Of a stretch of 64,000 nt of DNA, positions 26,636 to 38,346 are shown one piece after another. Where the stretch lies: NCBI RefSeq assembly GCF_006345805.1, contig NC_043022.1, positions 22,816,001 to 22,880,000 of the forward strand, written 5' to 3'. Each line of letters opens with the position of its first letter. Position 1 is the first letter of the stretch. The notes beneath the pieces are model-generated. The model did no database searches, had not been told where the DNA came from, and was given only the letters and a program-made list of their open reading frames with translations. This DNA is from Octopus sinensis. Its lineage: Eukaryota. A program made the translations under genes and the position numbers.

Positions 26636-26904
26636 ATTATTATTATTATTATTATTATTGTTGTTGTTCTTGTTGTTGTTATTATAAAGTTGCAAGCCAG
26701 CAGAATTGTTACTGCACTGAGAAAAATGCTTAGTGGTTTTTCATCTGTCTTTGTGTTCTAGGTTCAAATTCTGCCACGGTCGACTTTGCCTTTCATCCTT
26801 CCATCCTTAAGTATCAGAAAAACACTGGTGTTGATGTAATCGACTAGTCTACCCCCACCCCAAATTTCAGGCCTTGTGCCTTTAGTAGAAATAATAATTA
26901 TTAT

Positions 26905-27570
26905 TATTATTATCATTATTATTATTATTGAGTGACAGAGCAATGAATGCCATCAAAGTGACACTGGGGTAAAATATATGAAGCCCAGTATACCCATCAT
27001 GACTACTCGTCTGATAAGGGTGCACCAGGCACATGCATCACAACCATATGTGCACGACATGATGATCTCATATCAAGATAAACAGCACATGACCTTTTTT
27101 TTTTTTTGGACCAGGAGGAGGTAGTGAGGTCATCGAACCTTGCTTCGGTTGAGATTAAATAATATAAATTTGTCCTATTGTAAATTTGTCCTATTGTCCA
27201 GTTAGAATTTTCTTCGGTCAAGTAAGCCCATCCCGCTCAAAAGGTCCCTGAATGAGGATTGTTTAAGGATGTTGAACGAACCACCCATGTTTCCAAAGGT
27301 GAATTATTCAAACCCCAAAGAATCCCTCTCAACACATGGCTATGATGCTCCCCCACTACTTCTGCTCATGATTAGGGATGCACATATCATCAGCCACTAA
27401 GGGACATGCTCAACTAGTTACGGTCAAACAACTGACAAGCAAATCTGTGGTACTGAGCAGAATATTTGCTGTAGCCCATTTTTGATACAAAGACAAAACA
27501 ATGTACATGATAACACTTCCAATCAGTTAAGATCAGAAGCCACGAGAGCCACTGCCTGGTGCTGCATCAG
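26905..27570 (-). mobile_element. Retroposon 3'-end fragments with a (TAA)n tail, family unassigned
   Basis: Higher-complexity block ending in (TAA)n on the minus strand; no ORF. Confidence 0.35.
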
Positions 27571-27614
27571 GGCACTTATTATTATTATTATTATTATTAT
27601 TATCATTATTATTA

Positions 27615-28545
27615 AAGAAGGTGGTGAGCTGGTAGAATCATTAGCTCACTGGACAAAATGCTAAGCTGTATGTTGTCTACCATTACGTTCTGAGTTCAAA
27701 TTTCACTGAGGTCGACTTTGCTTTTCATCCTTACGGGCTTGATAAATTAAGTACCAGTGAAACACTGTGGGGGTCGAGGTAATCAACTAGTCCCCTCCCC
27801 ACAAATCTGAGGCCTTGTGCCTCCAGTAGAAAAGATTATTATTATTATTGTTGTTGTTGTTGTTGTTATGAAGTTGCAAGCCAGTAGAATCATTACTGCA
27901 CTGAGAAAAATGCCTAGCGGTATTTCATCTGTCTATACATTCTGAGTTCAAATTCTGCTGAGGTTGACTTTGCCTTTCATATTTTTGGGGTCGATAAATT
28001 AAGTACCAGTTGAGCACTGGGATCAATGTAATGACTAGCACCTTCCCACAACATTTCAGGCCATGTGCCTACAATAGAAAGTATCATTATAATTATTATT
28101 ATTATAATTAAGGCAAAGGCAGTGAGCTGGCAGAATCATTAGTATGCGGGGAAAAATGCAAAGTGGCATTTTGTCTATCTTTATGTTTTGTGTTCAAATG
28201 TCGCTGAGGTCAACTTTGCCTTTTATCCTTTTGGGGTCAATTAAATAAGTACCAGTGAAACACTGTGGTTGATGTAACTGATTTATCTTCCTCCTTGAAA
28301 TTGCTGGCCTTGTGCCAAAATTTAAAACCAATATCATTAAAGTCATGAGCAGGCAGATTCGTTACTGAACTGGACAAAATGCTTCGCAGCATCTCTACCA
28401 ATTTCATATTCTGAGTTCAAATTCCACCAAGGTCAACTTTATCTTTCATTGTTCCAGGGTTGATAAAATAAGTACCAGTTGAACAATGGGGTCAGTGTAA
28501 TCAATTTTCCCCCTCCACCTAAACTGCTGAATCAGTACCAAAATT
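27615..28545 (+). mobile_element. Four head-to-tail copies of a second tRNA-like SINE (family B)
   Basis: GAGCTGG(C/T)AGAATC heads and GAGTTCAAAT B-box-like motifs near 27625, 27875, 28125 and 28345. Single copies at about 25775, 26690, 41765, 45790 and 56660. Confidence 0.75.
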
Positions 28546-28556
28546 TGAAATCAATT

Positions 28557-28892
28557 TTACCTCCACCTTAGCGTGTTTGTTTGTAGGCCCATGGACAAGA
28601 TATCTCAAGAACTGCTGGATGGATTTGGATGAAACTTTCAGGGATGTTTGGCCTCGTGACTGGCATGAACTGATTAGATTTTGGGATTGATCCAGTACTG
28701 GACAAGAATTCTGGATTATTTTTCCGGTTGTTTTACTTAATTTTTGAAAGCAGTCGGGTTCATTTTTAGTATTCTCATTTGTGAGAGCAGTCGAGTTTAT
28801 TTCGGATATTCTCATTTTAAAAATCATCTCTGGCCAATCATTGAGAGGACGTTGGTGTCGCCTTGGCAGAGGTTTGCGCTCTCTGAGTGCTC

Positions 28893-28894
<2 letters not shown>
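28557..28894 (+). mobile_element. Non-autonomous Helentron-type (HINE/DINE-1-like) element
   Basis: Sub-terminal inverted repeat ACCTCCACCTTAG / CCTTGGCAGAGGT, 3' hairpin GCGCTC-TCT-GAGTGC (28876-90), TT at both ends. Confidence 0.55.
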
Positions 28895-28931
<37 letters not shown>

Positions 28932-28938
<7 letters not shown>

Positions 28939-29157
28939 TACCATTATTATTATTAACATTAAACCATTCTTCTGTGATTTCTTTTTTTTTTACCTGTTTT
29001 TATTATTAAAATATTTTATTGCTATATTTGATTTTCTACAGATTTACCTGTAGAAAATCAAATATAGCAATAAAATATTTTAATAATAAAAACAGGTAAA
29101 AAAAAAAGAAATCACAGAAGAATGGTTTAATGTTAATAATAATAATGGTAATAATGA
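28932..29157. repeat. Perfect palindrome, 110-bp arms and 6-nt spacer
   Basis: 28932-29041 is the reverse complement of 29048-29157. Confidence 0.92.
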
Positions 29158-29259
29158 AGAAGAAACCATCAAAACTGCTGTAAAACCTATTCAGACATGG
29201 AAAACTACCAAAATTATTTCCCATGACATACGGGTTGGATTAACATCATTGACATTGCT

Positions 29260-31420
29260 TATTGTAGTAGTGGTTGTGGTGGTAGCAGTGGTTGGGGTGG
29301 TAGTGGTAGTAGTAGTGTTAGTAGTAGTAATGGTGGTGTTGGTTGTAGTGGTGGTGGTGGTAGTGTTAATGAGCGTGGTGGTGATAGTGTTGGTGGTGCT
29401 TGTGGTGTTGATGTAATCGTGATAGTAGTTGCAGGAATAGTTGTAGTGGTGATGATAGTGTTTGTAGTGGTAGTAGTAAAGATGGTGAAGGTTTTTGCAG
29501 TAGTTGTGATGGTTGTAGTGGTAGTTATGGTGATGGTAGTGATTGTGGTAGTTGTGGAAATTGTGATAATAGTGGTACATGTGGTAGCTGTCGTAAAAGA
29601 TGTGGTGGTTTGGGAGGTAGTAGAAACAGTAGCAGCAGAGGTAATGTTCGTGGTAGTGGTAGAGGTAGTAGTAGTAGTAGTAATGCTTGTAGCGACAGTA
29701 GTAGTTGTGGTTGTGGTGGTGGTGGCAGTAGTAGTAGTAGTGGTGGTGGTAGTGGTGGTGGTGGTGGTGGCAGTAACAGTAGTAGTGGTGGTTGTGGTAG
29801 TGGTTGCGTCGGTTATGGTTGTAGTTGTGCAGTAAAACAAACACATACATGTACACATTTAAACACATAGGCATACTCTACATATATTAATACACAAAAT
29901 AAACATAGACATATGCACACACACACACACACACACACACATGAACACACTTATACACACACACACGTACGTACTCATACACTCATAAACATACAAACTC
30001 CCACACACACATGGTTTAACAGGAAACTATCCACACAACACAAACAAAAATCACCACCACCACCACTGCCACCATTACTACTACTACTACAACCACCACT
30101 ACCATTTCTACCACCATTATCACAAACACAACCACCACCACAACTACTACTACTACCACCAACACCACTACTGCTGCTGCTACTGCTACCACCACCACCA
30201 CCACTACTACTACCACCAACACCACTACCGCTGCTGCTGCCACTGTTACCACCACCACAACCACTACCAACACCACTACTATTACAACAACATGTGTGGT
30301 AAGGGTGTTTGTTTCCCAACCACATGGTTCCAGGTTCAGTCCCACTGTGTGGCACCTTGAGCAAGTATCTTCTACAATAACCTCAGGCGCTGACCAAAAC
30401 TTTGTGAGTGGATTTAGGAGAAGGAAACTGAAAGAAGCCTGTCGTATATATATATGGGTGTGTATGTTTGTCTCCCACCACTGTTTGACAACCAATGATG
30501 GTGTTTACATTCCTGTAACTTAGTGGTTCAGCAAAAGAGACCGACAGAAAAAGTACCAGGCTTAACAAAAACAAATAAATACTGGGGCTGATTCATTTGA
30601 CTAAAAATTGTTCAAGGTGTTGCCCCAGCATGGCCACAGTATAATGACTGAAAGAAGGAATTCATAAAAGATAACAACAGTGGTGTTACCATGGAAACTG
30701 CAGCCACAACCACAACAGTGACCAGCTATGCTGATGTTGATTGCAAGTGGTGACACTACCTCATTAACCAATACCACCAGCACCACCACTACAACAGCAA
30801 CGACCACAACTGCAATAGTTTTGGCTGTAGCACCTGTAACAACAACTACAACAACAACATACACACTGAAACTACCAAGACATAAGCAAGAACACGAACA
30901 ACAACATTACTACCGCCAACACCACCACCACCACTCCTACCACCACTAGCATCCCCACTACCAGCACCACCACTGCCACCACTACTACCACAACCACCAC
31001 CATCACCACCACTACTACCACAAGCACCACCACCACCACCATCACCACTACTACTACCACCACTACAACAACAACTACTACAACAACCACCACCATCACC
31101 ACTACTACCACCACTGCAACCACAACCACTACAACTACCACTACTGCAATCACTACTACCACAAGCACCACCACCACCATACCAAAATCACAACTACTAC
31201 CACAAGCAGCTGCACCACCAACATCACTACAAACAACATCAAGATCACTTCCACCACCAACGCCAACAATAACATCCCCACCATCACTGTACACCACAAC
31301 CAATGCCACAACCACACACCACTGCCACCATCACCACCACCAACAACAGTTACCACTATACATCACAATCACTACCACCACCACCACCACTGTCAACAAC
31401 AGCAACAACAACAGAAATAT
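29260..31420. repeat. Cryptic trinucleotide low-complexity blocks (GTA/GTG, then CAC/TAC); similar blocks at 4520-5205, 8140-8780, 15680-16040, 17340-18340, 34655-34985 and 41020-41465
   Basis: Read directly; these blocks generate the poly-T/H/V/I entries in the ORF track. Confidence 0.9.
30290..30670 (+). mobile_element. SINE family A
   Basis: Reverse complement of the 62314-62738 type. Further copies at about 5755-5960, 24330-24545, 45985-46330, 46875-47125, 60520-60900 and 62838-63250. Confidence 0.8.
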
Positions 31421-32123
31421 AAATCAATAAATATGACAGAAAAATCAATCACAATTGAAGCAATTCTCAGATGCATTGATCGGTGTGTGCGGCTCTGTGT
31501 GTGCGAGGGTGCTTGAGTATTTGTGTGTCAGTGTATCCGTTTGTTAGTGCACATGTGTATATGTGAGTGTCTCTATGTACGCGTTTGAATCTCTCTGTGC
31601 ATGTGTGTGAGTATTCGTGTATGTCTGTGTAATTGTGTGTGAATGTGTATTTAAGTGTACCTGTGTTAGCGTATGTTCACATGTGTGATGTGTGTGAGCG
31701 TATGTACATATAAGAGTGGTGTGTGTGAACGTGTGTTCAGTGCACAGTAATAACAACTAGAAATGAACCCATACAAACCCGTTTGAACCCGTCTTTAAAA
31801 AGAGTGAGGGAGGCGATGCATTTCTACTCTAGCAGTTACCCTGCAATTTACAACACATTACGTCAATGAATATACCACGTGACCCTTAATAAGGAGTTGA
31901 GTCTCTCATGAAGGTTTCATTTTCTTTTGGTGACAAGTCATCTTAACCTCATGCCCCAATTTGGTTGGAATGTTAAGGAAATACTGGGTAACTGATTGAA
32001 TGTATATAATCCTTATACATGTAGGGTAACCTTGATAAACCCAGTTAGTAATTCTGAAATACTGCAGACAATCCTCTCTCTTCTTTATATATATATATAT
32101 ATATATAATATATATATATTATA

Positions 32124-32177
<54 letters not shown>

Positions 32178-32330
32178 TATATATAATAGGCGCAGGAGTG
32201 GCTGTGTGGTAAGTAGCTTGCTTACCAACCATATGGCAAGTGTCTTCCACTATAGCCGCGGGCCAACCAAAACCTTGTGAGTGGATTTGGTAGATGGAAA
32301 CTGAAAGAAGCCATATAGAAGTCATATATA

Positions 32331-32650
32331 TCATCATCATCATCATCATTTAGCGTCCGTTTTCCACGCTAGCATGGGTTGGACGGTTCAACCGGGGTCT
32401 GGGAAGCCAAGGGCTGCACCAGGCTCCAGTCTGATCTGGCAGAGTTTCAACAGCTGGATGCCCTTCCTAACACCAACCACTCTGTGAGTGTAGTGGGTGC
32501 TTTTTACGTGCCACCTGCACAGGTGCCAGGGGGGTCCGGCATCGGCCACGATCAGTTGGAGCTTTTAACGTGCCACCGGCATGGAAGCCAGCCAAGGCGG
32601 CGCTGGCAACGCCCATGTTCGGATGGTGCTTTTTATGTGCCACCGGCACA
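32331..32650 (-). mobile_element. RTE 3' end nested in the internal microsatellite of a SINE
   Basis: The SINE head half (32186-32330) and tail half (32652-32855) flank it. Confidence 0.8.
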
Positions 32651-32860
32651 GAAGATATATATATATACATATATGTGTGTGTGTGTGTTTGTGTGTATTT
32701 ATGTGTCTGTGTTTGTCCCTCCAACATCACTTGACAACCGATGACATTAGCGGTTTGGCAAAAGAGACCAATAGAATAAGTACTAGGTCGATTTGTTCGA
32801 CTAAAGGCGGTGCTCCAGCATGGCCGCAGTCAAATGACTGAAACAAGTAAAAGAGAGTGA

Positions 32861-32910
<50 letters not shown>

Positions 32911-32920
32911 CACTCAAACA

Positions 32921-33131
32921 TGAGGTGATGTTGAAAAGTTCTTGGCTTTAGGTAAATACAGGAGGATCGATTAATTATGATTTTATTCAATGTATTCCCC
33001 TCTCAGATTCACACACTTATTGTAGCAGTCCTTCAGTTTTACTAAGCTTTGTAAAACGAACTCAGAAGGTTGGGCCTTCAGCCAGGACTTTCACGATGCC
33101 CTTACAGCCAGTAACTTTTCAGCACCTTTTG
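32921..33131. mobile_element. Mariner-type MITE (~210 bp)
   Basis: Imperfect TIRs TGAGGTGATGTTGAAAAGTTCTTGGCTTTAGG and CCTTACAGCCAGTAACTTTTCAGCACCTTTTG, flanked by CA and TA. Confidence 0.7.
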
Positions 33132-33187
33132 TAGGTGTGTGTGCGTATGTATGTATGTATATATATATATAATATATATATATATAT

Positions 33188-33234
<47 letters not shown>

Positions 33235-33294
33235 AAAAAACAAAACAAAAAAACAGTGGACTCATAGTTGAGTGTCTGAATAACATCCTATAGC

Positions 33295-33327
<33 letters not shown>

Positions 33328-33831
33328 CATTAAAAGTCATAATACAATATGCACCTGTTTGTTAGAAAGAAGAGTTAAAACTTGCTGGCTACTTGGTCAA
33401 TATTTTTTTAAAGATAATGATAACTTATTTGAATTCTGAATATATATATATATATATAGATATACATATATAGTTGGAATTTACAAAAAAAACAAAACAA
33501 AAGATGAAGACAGGTGTGTAAACAACAAACAGGTGTATTAGTTGAATGCACGGAAAGGTGAGAAAGTCTTTTATGTTTTGAGCCTATGCTCTTCAACAGA
33601 AAGGAACATGAGAAAATAAACAGAGAGAGAATAAAAAAAGCTTTAGTGGCTAGCAGTCAATCATGGCGATGGCCAGATAGATAAAGATATATATAAATGT
33701 ATATAGTGTACACATTTATACACACACACACACACAGACATCTGTATGTGTGTGTGTGTGTGTGTGTGTATACAGTCAACAAATGAGATCAAAAGATGCT
33801 CAATATAGTTTTTGTATCTTTATATATCCCC

Positions 33832-33867
<36 letters not shown>

Positions 33868-34717
33868 ATATATATCAATATGCACGTATATTTACCTGCA
33901 TCAGTATCTACCAAATCCATTCACAAACCTTTGGTTGGCCTGGGGCTGTAGTAGAAGACGTTTGCCCAAAGTGCCACACAGTGCGACTGAACTTGATCTA
34001 ATATATGTACATACATACATACACACATACACACATGCCTGTTTATCTATCTGTCTGTCTGTCTAGATGTCTGTCTGTCTATCTAGCTATGTATCTATCT
34101 ATATGTCTGTCTGTTTGTCTATCTATCTATCTATCTACCAATCTATCTATCTGTCTGTCAGTCTATCTATGTATCTATGTATCTATCTGTTTGTCTGTCT
34201 ATCTGCCTGCCTGTCTGTCTGCCTATCTACCTATCTATCTACCTACCTACCAATCTATCTGCCTGTCTGTCTATATATTTATGCATGAATAACTGATATA
34301 TTGTTATCAATTCTAATATATTATTGGCAATTCAAAATTCAATAAAATCTCTCACATTAAGAGAGAGTGGACAGTTCAGTTGAACAGAGGGCAATTGTCA
34401 TATATTTTGGGCAATTCATAAGAATGCTGGTGAATTTAATGAAATACTGAACAATTGTAAGATACACTAGCAAATGAGTGAAACATTAAGCTGTTCATTT
34501 GAATACTAAGTTATATTAGGTTATTCTTATATATTATGGGAAATTTAGTAAAATATTTGACAGTTCATAGATATAATAATCATTTCTGAGGAGTACAGAA
34601 TAAATTCTAAGCTATATTGAACGAGTCTGTGAAATAGTAGACAATTCCGGGATATCATCATCATCATCATCATCATCGTCATTGAAGTCCTCCTCCGGCG
34701 CCTCATTGTCCTCCTCA

Positions 34718-34749
<32 letters not shown>

Positions 34750-35289
34750 CTCATTACCTTCTTTCTCTTCCTCACTCCTCCTCCTCCCCTTCCTCCACAT
34801 CATCATTGTCCTCCCATTCTCCTCTCCTCCTACCCCTTTCTCCTCCTCTACCTCCTCATCACCATCATCGTCATCATCGTTGTCCTCATTCTCCCCTCCT
34901 CGTCCACTGTCTCCTTGCCTACCCCATCTCTACTCATTCTCTCCCACCTCATCCTCCCATCCTCTCCCCTCTTCCTCCTCCTCCACACACACACTTACAA
35001 GCACCGTACACATATACAGACACAAGACTGGGTCTCACACACATGAAAGCAGACTTCAAAGCAAGTTGGGAAGACCACAGGTGACTAAAAATGTTGCAAA
35101 CGGCAACAAAATAACCGATTGACTGTCTGACCAACAGGTTAAACAAATGATCGATTAGGTAGCTGGATAGATATTTGTAGCGACACAAGCAGTCAGCAGC
35201 ATATTGGATGCGATCTCGCGGGAGCCACTGCCACCTCCGAGACTGGAGCGAGACCTCACCTGCATCCATTTGCCATACGTGAGATCACG

Positions 35290-36094
35290 ACGAGGTTCAC
35301 GATGGCAAACTGGATATAAGGGCCCAATGAAAACAAACAGATTCACTCTCTTTTCACCACATGCACTTGCTGAGCACACATTAGTGGCTGGGTCTCCAAG
35401 CTAGTCCTGTCTGCATGTTGTATATCCAGAGGCAATGGGCCCGCGTTAACAGAGATACAACGAAATGCACACAGCTTGAGATGGTATGCACAACGAGGCT
35501 CACGATGGTAAACTGGATATAAGGGCCCAATGAAAACAGATTCACTCTCTTTTCACCACAAGCACTTGCTGAGCACACTTTAGGGGCTGGGTCTCCAAGC
35601 TAGTCCTGTCTGCATGTTGTATATCCAGAGGCAATGGGCCCGCGTTAACTGAGATACAACGAAATGCACACAGCTTGAGATGGTATGCACAACGAGGCTC
35701 ACGATGGTAAACTGGATATAAGGGCCCAATGAAAACAGATTCACTCTCTTTTCACCACAAGCACTTGTTGAGCACACATTAGTGGCTGGGTCTCCAAGCT
35801 AGTCCTGTCTGCATGCTGTATATCCAGAGGCAATGGGCCTGCATTAACTGAGATACAACGAAATGCACACAGCTTGAGATGGTATGCACAACGAGGCTCA
35901 CGATGGTAAACTGGATATAAGGGCCCAATGAAAACAGATTCACTCTCTTTTCACCACAAGCACTTGCTGAGCACACTTTAGGGGCTGGGTCTCCAAGCTA
36001 GTCCTGTCTGCATGTTGTATATCCAGAGGCAATGGGCCCGTGTTAACAGAGATACAACGAAATGCACACAGCTTGAGATGGTATGCACAACGAG
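35290..36094. repeat. 199-bp tandem repeat, 4 units
   Basis: ACGAG anchor at 35290, 35493, 35692, 35891 and 36090. Confidence 0.95.
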
Positions 36095-36450
36095 CAACAC
36101 ACTTCACCTATTCTGTGAAACTTATAAGTAAACCAGTTGTGAATTGCATTTGTACTAAAAGACTTCTTTCCTCGCCTGCTGGAGCCTGAACTACACAAAG
36201 AACAATATTTGATAGGAGAAGGCTATATTCACCTGATATCGTAAACCTTGCCTCCCATATAAAATATTTAACCAATTGACTAATAATAAAAAAAAAAAGG
36301 TGGAAGTGAACCTGTGTGTATGTTATTATCATTATTCTTCCCAAGACACAGCAAGATTTGTTTCAACACATGCTTTCCCACCAAGAGCCTTGCAAACCAA
36401 GTACGAAAACAAAGGATGTGTGTTTGGGTGTGTGTGTGCATTTATATATA

Positions 36451-36486
<36 letters not shown>

Positions 36487-36561
36487 TATATATATGTACA
36501 TATATATATGTGCATATATATATATAAATATGCATACGTATATGTATAAAAATATATATAG

Positions 36562-36800
36562 GGAGAGTTTACGAAAATAAAAAAAGACGAAGACAGGTGG
36601 TGTATAAAACAAACAGATGTATTAGTATAACGCTCAGAAATAGAAAAAGTCTTTTACGTTTCGAGCCTATGCTCTTCTACAGAAAGGGACACAGAAAAAA
36701 CAAGAAGAGAAAAAACAAAAAAAAAGTGTGTAGTGGCTAACGATCTATCATGGTGACTAATGCCAGACAGAAGGGTCAAACACAGGAAGGAAAGTAGGGG
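36562..36800 (-). mobile_element. Short Penelope-like terminal-repeat family (relatives at 33480-33690, 38431-38670 and 43070-43445)
   Basis: Dispersed repeat (very close between the 33.5 and 36.6 kb copies) carrying the minimal hammerhead motif; the Penelope link is inferred. Confidence 0.5.
36651..36686 (-). ncRNA. Minimal hammerhead variant (identical copy at 38520-38555)
   Basis: Minus strand: CUUU-CUGUAGA-A-GAGC(AUAG)GCUC-GAAA-CG-UA^AAAG. Confidence 0.5.
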
Positions 36801-37494
36801 AGATAACAAGGTAAAGATGACCCCCAACACAAAGGTATGTGTGTGTATAAGAGAGTATGTATGTATTTATGTGTGTGTGTGTTTGTGTGTGACAGATTTT
36901 GTTTCCAGTTTCCATCTTCTAAATTCACCCACAAGGAAGGCCTCGGTTGGCTCTGGACTCACTCAAGATTCCACACAGTGGGACTGAACCCAAAACCATG
37001 TGACTGGGAAGTGAACTTCCGAACCACACAGCCATGCCTGCACCAGTACTCCGTGAAATTTTGTAAAACATTATTCAGTTCAGTGAATTAATTATTCTAA
37101 AATTTAACGAGCGATGACATGGTCATTTAATTCAGTGAAAGACAGCACAGATTTTTGTAAGACAGTCAATCTCTTAATGTTATCTTGATGATTTCTGCAG
37201 ACAAATTAGACGACAGCAACAGGACCAGCTTATCTTATATGCACAACTTGTTTTTACAAATGACAGCAACCTTAGTAATACAGCCAAGAATTAAACATTC
37301 AAATTTGGACATAAACATTTTGTGTTTTGTTTCTTTTTCCTCCCCAAAAAGAAGAGCTCAACTTTGTGATCTGTCCCGTCTGTGTGCAGCCCTGTGTGGC
37401 TAATAAAGAAACATATCTATCTATGTATCTATTTGTCTGCCTATCTGTCTGTTTGTCTAGCCATCCATCTATCTATCTATCTACCTACCTATAT

Positions 37495-38040
37495 CATCAT
37501 CATCATTTAATGTCCATTTTCCATGCTGGCATGGGTTGGATGGTGTGACTGAAAACTGGTAAGCTGGGGAGGCTGCACCAGTTTTCAGTCTGATCTGGCA
37601 TGGTTTCTGCAGCTGGATGCCCTTCTAATGCCAACCACTCCAAGAGTGTAATGGGTGCATTTTACATTCCACTGGCACAGGTGCCAGTTATGAAACGCCA
37701 GCATCAGCTCTGACTACAATCTCACTTCGCTTGACAAGTCTTCTCAAGGACGGTATATTGCCAAACATCTGTCACTCATCACTGCCTCTGTGAGGCCCAA
37801 CGTTTGAAGGGTGCTTTTTACATCCCACAGTTATGTGACACTAGCATTGACCACAACTATGATTTCACTTGGTTTGACAGGTTTTCTCAAGCACAACATA
37901 TCACCCAATGTTTGAAGAGTGTTTTTTACATGCCACCAGCATAAGTGCCAGTTATACAACACTGGCATCGGCCAAGATTGCGATTTCACTTGGCTTGACG
38001 GGTCTTCTTAAGCACACATCTGCTGTCCTAGTACAATCTT
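37495..38040 (-). mobile_element. RTE 3' end, diverged subfamily (duplicated at about 39360-39905)
   Basis: Same terminal ~180 bp as the RTE tail with a different upstream repeat region. Confidence 0.65.
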
Positions 38041-38309
38041 CAAGCACTGCCCACATGACATAACAAACCAAAATCTTTTACTCTGTTATGCTATGTGGAC
38101 AGTGCCTGAAGATTGAGCTAGGACAACACTCATGTTAAAAAACACTATTTGGCATGCTCTCAACACAAGCAACTAATAGTAGCACATAAAAACATAAATT
38201 GTGTTTACTAAATATTTATCTTTCACCAGATGGAGTACTATTCTTGTTAATCTTACCATAACAGAACAACATACTATATATATATATATCATCATCATCA
38301 TCATCATAA

Positions 38310-38346
<37 letters not shown>

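Noticed and set aside
29191-29874. Mucin-like Thr-rich and His-rich ORFs (also 4350, 8406, 15637, 17749, 30872, 41062)
   Set aside because: Open in several frames and both strands because the trinucleotide repeats lack stop codons; no splice or domain support.
34612-34806. Acidic D/E-rich ORF
   Set aside because: Derived from GAT/GAG repeats.
35385-35400. tRNA-Trp primer-binding site (TGGAGACCCAGCC on minus)
   Set aside because: Only 10 of 13 bases match the recalled motif and it is not preceded by an LTR CA end.
35290-36094. CRISPR array or retrozyme
   Set aside because: No unique spacers, eukaryotic context, and no CUGANGA-stem-GAAA fold in the monomer.
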